Source: an uncultured delta proteobacterium
GTDB taxonomy: Bacteria > Desulfobacterota > Binatia > UBA9968
Length of the DNA stretch: 64,000 nt
Assembly (NCBI GenBank): GCA_963755715.1
Contig: CAVWLW010000059.1
Coordinates: forward strand, 96,001 to 160,000
Direction: 5' to 3'
In this document: one piece after another, positions 50,981 through 60,848 of the stretch
Layout of the letters: every line of letters begins with the position of its first letter
Position numbering within the stretch: position 1 is the stretch's first letter
Notes under the pieces: generated by a model
The model's database searches: none
The model's input: the letters and a program-made list of their open reading frames with translations, nothing else
Told to the model about the DNA's origin: nothing
Position numbers and translations under genes: made by a program

Positions 50981-51190
50981 CTAAACGACCCTCGGCTTAA
51001 GCCGAGGGTTTTTGAATTTCGACTGAAACTCGACTCTTCCCGTCATTCTGGCGGAAGCCGGAATCCAGCGATTTTTGTACCTGATCCGCAAACGAACCTG
51101 GATGCCGGTTTTCACCGGCATGACGAACCTTCACTTCGCCTAAAGGCGAGGGATTCAACCATCCCGTCTGCATAAGTCTGTTGGACATTG
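50981..51190 (-). mobile_element. Non-autonomous IS200/IS605-like miniature element containing a REP-like palindrome
   Basis: End hairpins CCCTCGGC-TTAA-GCCGAGGG and TCGCC-TAAA-GGCGA; inside, CGTCATTCTGGCGGAAGCCGGAATCCAG...CTGGATGCCGGTTTTCACCGGCATGACG; no transposase ORF. Confidence 0.55.
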
Positions 51191-51295
51191 ATGCTCGGCG
51201 CCATGGAAAACCACCGGCGTCACCACTGGTTCCTGAGCGCAGCCGTCTGGTTATCGACCAGCAGCGCGAGCGCAAAGACGAGGGCTAAAAGCACG

Positions 51296-52187
51296 CTACG
51301 CATTGCCGACGAACAAATTCATCGCGCCGATGTTTTCGATTTCCGCCTTGAGCTTTTCGCCGGCGACGAGCTTGCGTTGAAACGCCGGCGAGTCGGGATT
51401 GCCCGTTGAGATCAAATCGCCTGGCAACAGCGTGGTGACTTCCGACAGAAAGCTCACCAGCTCCGCGACGCCGTTAATCATGCCGCTGGTATTGGCCGAC
51501 TGGCGCAACTCGCCGTCGATCCAGAGATTCATGGTTAAATGATGCGGGTCGGGAATCTCGTCGCGGGTCGTGATCCACGGCCCGATGGGCGCGAAGGTTT
51601 CGAATCCTTTACGCACCGAACGGCAAGAGCCGACGCCGGTGCCGGGAGGGTTGGGACCGCGCGCGGTCATGTCGAGCATCACGGTATAGCCAAAAACGTA
51701 ATCGAGCGCGCTAGTTTTCGGCGACGTTTCTCGCCTCCTTGCCGATGACGACGCACAATTCCAACTCCGGGTATACGACTCTTTCCCCCTTGGGGATCAG
51801 GATCGTTTGCTCCGGGCCGATAACCGCCGAAGACGGTTTCAGAAATGTCATTTCGAGGGCTTGCTCGGGCGTAAACTTCAGCGTCTCGCCGCGGCCGGCG
51901 GCGTCTTTGATATCGCTCGTGCCGCGCTTGTAATTGAAAGCCGCCGCCCAAATCTTCGACGGCCGTTCCACTGGCGGTTTCAGCAGAGCGGGATCCAGTC
52001 CGACTCTTTTGGCCGTTGAGACTACGCTTCCCAGGATGTTCTTGACCGAGTCATAGTGGGCGATGAAATCGATCATGGACGCTCGCTGCGAAAGAAACCC
52101 CTTCTGCGCCAATATCTCTCTTATTAGAACAAGTTCCTCGCCGTCTACGATCGCGAGTTCATTTGGTTTTATCGAGGCAACGCGCAT
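51296..52187 (-). CDS. Fumarylacetoacetate hydrolase family protein; frameshift near 51715
   Basis: PSKIWAAAFNY, FLKPSSAVIG, YPELELCVVIGK; then DMTAR, RKGFETFAPIGPWI, TLLPGDLISTG. Confidence 0.87.
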
Positions 52188-52380
52188 TTCAAGTCCTTAT
52201 TTAGCGAATCTGGTTTTCAAGAACGAGATGATATTATTCACCCATAGCCAATGTCATCCCGCGCGGGGCGGTGTCAAGAGCGCGATTCATCTCGAAGCTG
52301 CTCCCATACAACATCTCGTTCCGCGCTCTCGCGCACTTCCACCGGTGCCTATAGTGAAATGAAGTTTGCTGCCACAAGCC

Positions 52381-52419
52381 GACAAATGCTAAACACTTTG
52401 ATAAAATTTAGTTAACAAA
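52381..52419. promoter_or_regulatory. Second copy of the putative LysR operator
   Basis: GACAAATGCTAAACACTTTG versus GACAAATGGTAAACACTTTG at 31148; a downstream AACAA is at the same spacing in both. Confidence 0.6.
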
Positions 52420-52704
52420 TGGTGAGTGGTTTACCCACCTGTGGCGCGTGTCCTGAACGGGTACGCACCTTTGGAGACTTTTTAGCGGCTTGGTTTGGGA
52501 ATGCTGCTGCGAATTAAATCAAAGCAGAGGTCGGAGAAGAAAAATGTTGGGCGAGAACAAGACAAAGATCCGCGGCCCGTCCGATCCGCGCTAGGAAGCA
52601 TATGATCGACTAAGCTACGGAGGATTCGGAGTCCCACGCGGGGACGATGTGGAGTCAATGCTGATTTCCATGAACACGCATCTTGCGGCGACTTGTTCGT
52701 TTTT

Positions 52705-53887
52705 ATGATTAGGAAGATTCTGATTGCTGGCGCCGGGATTGGCGGCCTAACGGCGGCTTCCTGTCTGATGAAGGCGGGCTATGACGTCGAGGTCTATGAG
52801 CAGGCACCGGAGTTGAGCGAGATCGGCGCCGGCATACAGCTCAGCGCCAATGCGATGCATGTTCTTAACGACCTCGGTCTTGGCAAGGCAATTGCCAAAT
52901 TGTCGGTTCGGCCCGGCGCTTATGTCTTTCGACTCCATGATACCGGCGAGATCATCGGCCAGTTTCCGCTCGCCGATGAGCATGAGAGACTGAACGGCGC
53001 GCCGTACAATCAACTCCACCGGGCTGACCTTCACGATTTGCTCGCTGCCAAGGCACGAGACTTTAATAAGGACGTCGTGCGGCTGAACCGCCGGGTCGCG
53101 GGCTTCGAAGAAAGTGACGCCGGTGTCGAGTTGTTCTTCGCGGATGGCTCCAGAGCCAGAGGCGATCTTTTAATCGGCGCGGACGGCGTCAAATCCGCAG
53201 TGCGCGCCCAGATCGCAGGTGCAGACCACGCAACGTATACCGGCGATGCCGCTTGGCGCTTGACGCTCCCCACCGATCAGCTGCCAGAGCAATTTCATGG
53301 GTGAAGTCATGTCGGTGTGGATGGGCCCCGGACGACACGTGGTTTGTTACTATCTCCGGGGCGGCGCTTTGCTGAATTTCGTGGGTTTGGTCGAGACCGA
53401 AGATATCTCGGAGGAGTCATGGACCGCCAAATTCCCCTGGGAGCGGCTAAAAGCGGATTTCGCGGGTTGGCACGAGAACATTCAGAGCGTCATCGATCGG
53501 GCCGATAAGGACTCGTGCTTTCGCTGGTCGCTCTACTACCGGCCGCCGATCGCAACGTGGAGCACCCGGCGCGCGACATTGCTCGGCGATGCGGTTCATG
53601 CGACGTTGCCTTACCTCGCCCAGGGCGCCTGCATGGCGATCGAAGACGCCGCCGTGCTAACGCGCGCGCTGCAGTCGACCAATGTCGTAGCCGACGCTCT
53701 ACAACTGTACGAACGCAACCGGATCGATCGGACCTCGCGCATCGTCAAGGGGTCGGACGCCAACCGCACGCTGTTTCACATGCGCGATCAGGAGAAACTT
53801 CGCCAGGCTTTTGCGGCGCGCGACGAAGGAGCCGATCGGAATGCTTGGCTCTACTCTTACAATCCGTTGACCGTGACGCTCACGTGA
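52705..53887 (+). CDS. Group A flavin monooxygenase (salicylate hydroxylase/6-hydroxynicotinate 3-monooxygenase-like); frameshift near 53290
   Basis: IAGAGIGG, EIGAGIQL, HRADL, IGADGVKS, LLGDAVHATLPYLAQGACMAIEDA, WLYSY. Confidence 0.88.
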
Positions 53888-54105
53888 CAACTGACCCGTC
53901 TCCTCCACCACAGAAGCCGCAGCTGATCGTTCCACTCAACAGCGCGCACGATGCTCACGCTGAGACTCAAGTGATCGGGCTGATTCTGCGATCAAACTGA
54001 GCAGAAGACATTTACTTTAGCCACGAAGCGCTGCCGATCCGGCGCCGGCAAAAAATTCACTGCCGAAATCCGCTCCCAAACCGTCTAGACTGGCCGCTGA
54101 TTGGC

Positions 54106-54579
54106 TTAGCCCTGCCATTCATAGGTCAACGCCGGAAAGTCGATGACCAGAGTACCGCCCGCCTTGACGTGGCGTGGCAGTTTGTCGGCGTCCTTTAACC
54201 CACGCTCGCAATAGAGCTCGAAAAGATTCCCCGACGGGTCGCGAAAATACATGAGCGCTTCCACGCCGTGCCGGGTCCACGGCTGATGAGTTCGCACGCC
54301 GTTGGCCTTGAGGTGCTCGATGAACGGATAAAAGTTCTCGCCCGTCATGGTGAAGGCATAGTGCGGAAACTCCGCGTTGGGGCCGGTCCAGCCGCCTTCT
54401 TGCTCTGACAAACCGATGATCGCTCCGCCCACGCGGACCTCGGCGAATTTCGGATTCGATTCCAACACGATTTCACCGCCGAGGACTTCAGTGTAAAAAC
54501 GCTTCGCCTCTTTCAGATTCCGCACTGGAATGCTCGCATGGTTCAAAGCGCCGACTTTGGGCTTGTTGGAATCAGGCAT
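54106..54579 (-). CDS. VOC (glyoxalase/fosfomycin-resistance-like) protein
   Basis: LNHASIPV, FYTEVLG, PHYAF, YFRDPSGNLFEL. GGAGGAG RBS. Confidence 0.88.
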   Translation of the reverse strand: MPDSNKPKVGALNHASIPVRNLKEAKRFYTEVLGGEIVLESNPKFAEVRVGGAIIGLSEQEGGWTGPNAEFPHYAFTMTGENFYPFIEHLKANGVRTHQPWTRHGVEALMYFRDPSGNLFELYCERGLKDADKLPRHVKAGGTLVIDFPALTYEWQG

Positions 54580-54770
54580 AGTCTCCTCCTTAATTTAGGA
54601 TGCAATGGGTTCGGTGCACTTAGGGAACTTACAATGGAACGATTTTACGAGTCAATGTTTTGATTGTTTCGTCGAGATAGATTAAGAGTTGTAAATTAGT
54701 ACGCTAGTCAAGCCGACACGTACGGAGTATAGGACATAAAGTTCGAGAGACTTTTTGCAAAGCGGTTTAT

Positions 54771-55961
54771 ATGAAGCATAGCACCGACAGGATTCTAACC
54801 ACGCATGTTGGCAGCCTGCCTCGCCCGGAAGATATGCTGGCGGCCTTGACGGCAAAGATGCGCGGCCAACTGATTGACGAACAGGCTTTGGACGCGCGGC
54901 TACCCCGAGCCGTAGCGGACGTCGTCCGCCAACAAGTCGATCACGGCCTCGACGTGATCGACGACGGCGAAGTGGGCAAACCGAGCTTCATCTTGTACGC
55001 GGATGAGCGTCTGTCCGGGTTCGAACAGCGCGATGCGCCGGAAAGCGAGATCGCGCGAGCGCGTCACTACCTGGCAGGCTCTCGGGAGTTCCTAGCGTTT
55101 CCCGAGTACTACCAACCAGAAACGGCGGCATCGCGTGGCACCGAAGGTCAGCGGCCGCGCCAATCCGTCTGCACCGGACCGATTGCCTATAAGGGACACA
55201 AACAATTGCAGCGCGACATCGCGAACTTCAAAGCGGCTCTGAACAAGGTTAGCGCGGTGGAAGCGTTTCTGCCCGCAGTTTCGCCGAACCAGATCGCTTA
55301 CCGCCGGCCCAACGAATACTACCGCACGACCGAGGAGTACGAGCTTGCCATCGCCGAAGCGCTGCGCGAGGAGTATAAGACGATCGTCGATGCCGGCTTG
55401 CTGTTGCAGATCGATGACCCGCAACTGGTCACCCATTACATGCGCAATCCGGATCTCAGCATCGAAGATTATCGCCGCTGGGCGGAGCAACACGTGGAAC
55501 TGCTCAACCATACGCTGCGTGACATTCCCCGGGAAAAGATCCGATTCCATACTTGTTACAGCGTGGCCTTCGGGCCGCGCATCCACGACATGGAGCTGAA
55601 AGATGTCATCGACCTCGTCGTGAAGATCCGCGCCGGCGCCCATTCCTTCGAAGCAGCCAATCCGCGCCACGAGCATGAGTGGAAACTCTGGGAATCGGTC
55701 AAGCTGCCAGACGGGACCCTTCTGATTCCCGGTGTGATCACGCAATCGACGGCCGTCGTGGAGCACCCGGAGCTGGTCGCGCAGCGAATCGAGCGCTTCG
55801 CCGGCATCGTGGGAAAGGAGAATGTCATCGCCGGCGTCGACTGCGGCTTCGCCAGCACCGCGCGCTCCGCCGACATGCCGACCAGCGTAGTCTGGGCGAA
55901 GCTCGATGCGTTGGTGGCAGGCGCGCGTATCGCAAGCAAGCGTCTTTGGGGTCGTGGGTAG
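54771..55961 (+). CDS. Cobalamin-independent methionine synthase II family (epoxyalkane:CoM transferase-like subgroup)
   Basis: ILTTHVGSLPRP, DDGE, LQIDDP, FHTCY, FEAANPRHEHEW, VEHPELVAQRI, DCGF. Confidence 0.88.
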   Translation: MKHSTDRILTTHVGSLPRPEDMLAALTAKMRGQLIDEQALDARLPRAVADVVRQQVDHGLDVIDDGEVGKPSFILYADERLSGFEQRDAPESEIARARHYLAGSREFLAFPEYYQPETAASRGTEGQRPRQSVCTGPIAYKGHKQLQRDIANFKAALNKVSAVEAFLPAVSPNQIAYRRPNEYYRTTEEYELAIAEALREEYKTIVDAGLLLQIDDPQLVTHYMRNPDLSIEDYRRWAEQHVELLNHTLRDIPREKIRFHTCYSVAFGPRIHDMELKDVIDLVVKIRAGAHSFEAANPRHEHEWKLWESVKLPDGTLLIPGVITQSTAVVEHPELVAQRIERFAGIVGKENVIAGVDCGFASTARSADMPTSVVWAKLDALVAGARIASKRLWGRG

Positions 55962-56005
55962 CCGAGTTCGAAAATTTAGAGACCCAAACGTAAAGGAGGG
56001 ATGAG

Positions 56006-56989
56006 ATGGACAGCCAGGCAGCACAGTTGCAAGAAGCAAAAATAGAGGTGCCGACGCCTTGCGGCCTTAGTCATATCGCCATTCCCAGCCGCGATCTGGA
56101 TCAATCGAAGCAATTTTTTGTCGATGTCTTAGGCGGAAACCTGACTGTCGATGCACCGGCGCTCGCTCGGGTGCGCTTTGGCAATTTCGCTATCGTCCTC
56201 GCGCCACAGTCGGGCGGGGCGACACCAGCGCATGCGGAGTATCCCCATTACGCTTTCACGGTGGCACCCGAAGATTTCATGGGCATCAAGCGGCGATTGG
56301 AAGCCTTCGGCGTTCCGACGCATGATCCCTGGGGCCGAATGAACCGCCCTCATGCGCTGATGTATTTCCGCGATCCATCCGGCAATCAGTTCGAGCTTTT
56401 CTGTCCGAGCGGCTTTAATGCCGTGCCCCTGCGGCTTGGAAGTCGCGCCGGTGGAGACTATGCGATTGACTTCGCCGCACTATGCTACAGCAAACTCCAA
56501 AAGCCCGTGACAGGAATCGAGCTCCCCAAAGTCGGTCCCGGAGGATACAATCACATGACCCTGCCGGTGCGCGACATGCACGAGGCCAAGCGCTTCTTCG
56601 TCATCGTGCTCGGCGCCACTGTGGCATTCGAACGACCGGCACACATCACCGTGATCGTCGGCGGCGCCGAAATCGGCTTGTCCTCGGAGGCTGGTGGCTG
56701 GACCGCGGCCGATGCGGAATATCCGCACTACAGTTTTCTTGTCAAGCCGGCGGATATGATTCCTCTTAAGGAGCGTCTGGAGAGCTACGGCGTTCCAACG
56801 TCCGAGGTGTGGAGCCGCAATGGCATCGACGCCGTAATGTATTTTCGCGATCCATCCGGCACCTTGTGGGAATTGTATTGTGAGAGCGGATTCAGCGGAG
56901 CCGTGCGTCGGGGAGTCTCGGCGGGCGGCGACTACATACCGGATGTCACCGCGCTCAATTACGATACCTGGAAGGATCCGGCGAAGTAA
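56006..56989 (+). CDS. Tandem two-domain VOC protein
   Basis: Two repeats of H..IP/LP...EYPHY.F...MYFRDPSG..EL.C; each resembles 54106..54579. Confidence 0.88.
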   Translation: MDSQAAQLQEAKIEVPTPCGLSHIAIPSRDLDQSKQFFVDVLGGNLTVDAPALARVRFGNFAIVLAPQSGGATPAHAEYPHYAFTVAPEDFMGIKRRLEAFGVPTHDPWGRMNRPHALMYFRDPSGNQFELFCPSGFNAVPLRLGSRAGGDYAIDFAALCYSKLQKPVTGIELPKVGPGGYNHMTLPVRDMHEAKRFFVIVLGATVAFERPAHITVIVGGAEIGLSSEAGGWTAADAEYPHYSFLVKPADMIPLKERLESYGVPTSEVWSRNGIDAVMYFRDPSGTLWELYCESGFSGAVRRGVSAGGDYIPDVTALNYDTWKDPAK

Positions 56990-57031
56990 GTAACTGACAA
57001 AAACTCATTCAACGGCATTACGAAACGGCGG

Positions 57032-58150
57032 CTAACGCGGCAGGATTGAATTGACGAAGTCGACGACTTCATCTCTCAAGACAACAAACGGCTCTTTGTA
57101 ATCCGCCAGATACGTAACACCCTCCTTCGGCACTAAAACGTCGGGGATATGGTCGCTAGAAACGTCGCGACGACGACTCGTCAGTCCCGTCGCTTTGCTC
57201 CAGACATGCTGCGCGTCCCGGGAAAATAGATAGTCAAGGTACACTTTTGCCGCGTTGGCGTGGGGCGCGTTACGCGGCACCATGACCGTACCGTTACTCG
57301 CCGAGATGACGCCCCCCTCCTGTAAGGCTGCACTGCCAAAAAGCTCGACGGGTAGCCCCTTGTTCTTCATTTCAAAAGCCTGTGTGCCGCTTGGGCCGAT
57401 AGCGATCGGATAGCGACCGCGCGCGACAAAATCCAAGAGCTGGCGTTCGTCGTTTGATAGCGAGACGTCCTGTGTGGTGAACAGCTGTCGCATGAAACTT
57501 TTGCCGAAGCCTTGCGACTCTTTGATATACCAGAATGTCACCCAGCCTTGGCTCGCGCCGGCGCGCGCGGGATTGAGCATAGTAATCTTGCCTTTCCACT
57601 CCGGGCTAAGAAAATCTTTCCACGACCTGATCTTGCCGGAAGGCACCAGGTCTCGGTTGTAGACAAACGCCACCTGCAGTCGGTTGCCGAAGACCAGATT
57701 GTATTTTTCGGCGTTGTCGGAAAAATCGAATTTGCCTCCCTTCCACTTTGACAGGTCCTGGCTCTCCGGTCCGACCAGGTACGGCTGGATAGGGATGATC
57801 GCGTTGGCGGGAATCAGGCTCTCGATCGCCGTGATCGTGCCGGCAATAACCAAGTCGGTCCGATAAACGCCCGCCGAGAGCTCGTTGAGAAGCTTCGGCG
57901 CCACTTGAGCACCCGCCATCCCGTTGTAGTCTACCCGGATGCCGGGATACTTCTTCTGAAACCCCTCTGTAAAGGCGTCCCGTACGTCTGCCCCCGCCGG
58001 TCCCATAATTACTACTCTTCCTTCTCCCTTGGCTGCGGCGACGGTTTTTTCCCATTCGGAAATCTTGGGCGCGGATGCGGCCACGGCCAGTGGCGCAAAG
58101 CAGAAAATGCCTACGCCTATCGTTAATGCCAGTGCAAGTTTTCGTCTCAT
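57032..58150 (-). CDS. ABC extracellular solute-binding protein
   Basis: Signal peptide; EWEKTVAAAKGEG, SWKDFLSPEWKGKI, APHANAAKVYLDYLFS. Confidence 0.88.
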   Translation of the reverse strand: MRRKLALALTIGVGIFCFAPLAVAASAPKISEWEKTVAAAKGEGRVVIMGPAGADVRDAFTEGFQKKYPGIRVDYNGMAGAQVAPKLLNELSAGVYRTDLVIAGTITAIESLIPANAIIPIQPYLVGPESQDLSKWKGGKFDFSDNAEKYNLVFGNRLQVAFVYNRDLVPSGKIRSWKDFLSPEWKGKITMLNPARAGASQGWVTFWYIKESQGFGKSFMRQLFTTQDVSLSNDERQLLDFVARGRYPIAIGPSGTQAFEMKNKGLPVELFGSAALQEGGVISASNGTVMVPRNAPHANAAKVYLDYLFSRDAQHVWSKATGLTSRRRDVSSDHIPDVLVPKEGVTYLADYKEPFVVLRDEVVDFVNSILPR

Positions 58151-58392
58151 GGCGGAGATCTCCTTATTGGCGGACCCATGCTTGAAATTGTTCTCGGCGG
58201 ATTCTAGTTACCGCGTTCTTGCGCGTCAATGATCCGATTGTTTCTACTGGAGAAATTGTCAATTGCGAAATTGTATAGTACCCAACACCTATGGGTAAGA
58301 CGTATATAATTACTTCTGACCGAGGGCCTCTAACACTTGTTCGCGACTGAATTGGTTAGAGAGGTCGGCGCCATCCGGAGACAGGAGCAGGA

Positions 58393-59463
58393 ATGATGAA
58401 AGCTTTAAGCTTATCGACTGTTTTTATCTTGGCGGTTTTGTTTTTGAGCGGGCATGCGCATAGTCAAACTGACGCGGAGGGAATCCTCGCGAGCGTCAAC
58501 GCCCTGCCGCCGAAACAAAGAATGGAAGTCTTGATCGCGGAGGCGCGCAAAGAAGGCTTTATTGAGTGGTATGGCTCGCTCTTGGTTCCGGAAGCCACAC
58601 AGATTATCGAAAAGTTCAGACAGCGATATCCGTTCGTTGAAGTCAAATATTCCCGCGGTAGCGGGACACAGGTCATCAATCGATTTCTCACTGAGTCTAA
58701 GGCGGGTTCTTACCGAGCCGACGTCATCGGTGCCCGGACTAACTTCCACCCCACCCTGATGAAAGCGAATCTAGTGGCGAAGAACCTTGCGCCGTTTCGA
58801 CAGGAGCTCCGCGAAGGCTTTATCGACAAAGCCGGCTACCTTCTTGGCCAGCACACTTTCGGCCTGGTGATCGGCTACAACAATAGAAATATTCCGCCCA
58901 ACAAGATTCCCCAGTCTTATCAAGATTTGCTCAACCCGGAATGGAAGGGACAAATGGGCCTGGACATCGAGTCTTACGACTGGCTCGCCGGCGTCCTCGA
59001 CACCATGGGAGAAGAGAAGGGGATGGATTTTGCCAAGAAACTCGCGGCGCAGAGCGTCCATGTCCAACGCGGCCATTCGCTGTTGATGCAGCTCGTGGCG
59101 GCGGGCGAGTTGAAACTGGAGATCGACAGCTATCACTATCAGATTAGCGAGTTTAGAAAAAAAGGCGCTCCCCTCGATTTATCCATTCCCGATCCGATGG
59201 TGGTCAAAGAACCGAGCGGAATTTGGATTCCCAAGCGCGCTCCGCATCCGCATGCCGCTGCGTTGCTCGTCGACTTTCTTTTTTCGCGCGAAGGGCAGCA
59301 AATCCTCGCCGGCCTTTCGGTCCTCGTCGCCAGAAAAGATATTGCGTGGGACTTCGGCGGGAAGCCGGTCAAAGGCATCCACGTTCTTTCGGCTGAGAAG
59401 TGGGGGTCGAAATACAACGATCTCGCGCGCCAGTTCGATGAGATATTCCGTAAAGCTAAATGA
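58393..59463 (+). CDS. ABC extracellular solute-binding protein (Fe3+-like class)
   Basis: Signal peptide; ARKEG, PQSYQDLLNPEWKG, APHPHAAALLVDFLFSREGQ. Confidence 0.88.
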   Translation: MMKALSLSTVFILAVLFLSGHAHSQTDAEGILASVNALPPKQRMEVLIAEARKEGFIEWYGSLLVPEATQIIEKFRQRYPFVEVKYSRGSGTQVINRFLTESKAGSYRADVIGARTNFHPTLMKANLVAKNLAPFRQELREGFIDKAGYLLGQHTFGLVIGYNNRNIPPNKIPQSYQDLLNPEWKGQMGLDIESYDWLAGVLDTMGEEKGMDFAKKLAAQSVHVQRGHSLLMQLVAAGELKLEIDSYHYQISEFRKKGAPLDLSIPDPMVVKEPSGIWIPKRAPHPHAAALLVDFLFSREGQQILAGLSVLVARKDIAWDFGGKPVKGIHVLSAEKWGSKYNDLARQFDEIFRKAK

Positions 59464-59678
59464 AACGGTAAGCAAAAAAGGGGGGAAACGAACTCTTAGA
59501 GGTTTTTCTCACCGTCGCAAGAGAGCGCTAGCTGTACCCTGACATAGTCACGTTGCTATTAACCGCTGTAAGATTCACTTTGCTAAAACAGAGTCAAAAA
59601 AGTTGGTTGACTGCCTTCGGAGTGGGTGATACGAGCGGGCATTGAGATCTATCAGTCAGGAAAAGAGGGGAAATTTCA

Positions 59679-60787
59679 ATGTGCCGTTTCCTGATCATGC
59701 TCGGGACCGTATTATTTCTCTCCTTAGATTCCGGTTTCCCGCTAATGACTCTGGCCGCCACGCCTGAGTTCATGGGATTCTCTTCTTGCCAAAGCGCGGG
59801 CGGAAGGAAGTGTAACAGTTGCGGGTCCGGGTACAGTGAGCGCCCGGCGTTCACTGACAAAGCCATTCGAAGATCGTTTCGGTATTCGAGTTGAGTACGA
59901 CGGTAGCCGCGGTTCAGACCAGAGAACACAGATCATCAACCAACGGGCGGCAGGAATATATCAAGCGGATTTGTGGATCACGGGTTTCGGCACCTTCGAA
60001 GGCCTCGACGTCCCATCGTTTTTCGAGCCTTTGGAACCGCTATTGCTGCTTCCAGAGGTGAAGGATCCCAAGACTTGGCTTAACGGATATTTGTGGCATG
60101 ACGCCAAGGACCGGCGAATCTTTGGCCATTCTGCGAGACTTTTTGGTGGCCTCGCCGTAAATCCCCAGAATATCAAGGCTGATGCGGTGACCTCGCTCAA
60201 AGACCTGCTGAGACCCCAGTACAAAGGTAAGATTATTTCCGATGACGCGAGAGTTGCCGGAGTAGGCCAGGGGTTTTTTACTTATCTTTACATGGGAAAG
60301 GAATTTGGCTTTGGGCCAAGCTTCATAAAGAAACTGATTGAAGAGCCAGGATCTTATTTTTACTCGGAACTCTAGGCAGGCAGCCGATTGGATCGCCAAT
60401 GGGCGATACTTATTGTGGCCTGCCCCTGATACGCGGCCGGTTGCCGAACTTATGACCAAAGGAGTCCCCATAGAGCACCGGTGCCTAGAAGATGGACAAT
60501 GGCTCTCCATGGGCAGCGGCGGCGTGGGGCTGTTCAACAAGGCGCCGCATCCTAGTGCAGCAGGCATCTATTTGAATTGGCTCCTGAGCAAGGAGGGACA
60601 GGCTCATTATGCCGAAGGAGGAGACACGGCGAGTCGCAGGCTTGATGTACCCGCGAAGATCACTCCTTGCTTTGTGCCGAAAGCGGGTAAGAATTATTTC
60701 TGGGTTGATAAGCCGGAAGCGCTTGAGATGAGAAAACCAGGCGGGGAACTGGTGCAATTTTTAAAATCGATCTACACCGGAAATTGA
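59679..60787 (+). CDS. ABC extracellular solute-binding protein, frameshifted twice
   Basis: Signal peptide at 59679; SLKDLLRPQYKGKI (59836 frame); APHPSAAGIYLNWLLSKEGQ (60338 frame). Confidence 0.78.
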
Positions 60788-60848
60788 CGACGGACATTCA
60801 TTCTCGGAAAAATTTATTTTCTGCAGCGCAGCTGAGAGGAGGATACTT

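Noticed and set aside
52420-52700. Cobalamin riboswitch or small RNA in the long leader
   Set aside because: Only a GGGAA fragment is present, with no B12 box or convincing stems.
55092-56039. 315-aa minus-strand ORF
   Set aside because: Antisense shadow of the MetE-like gene.
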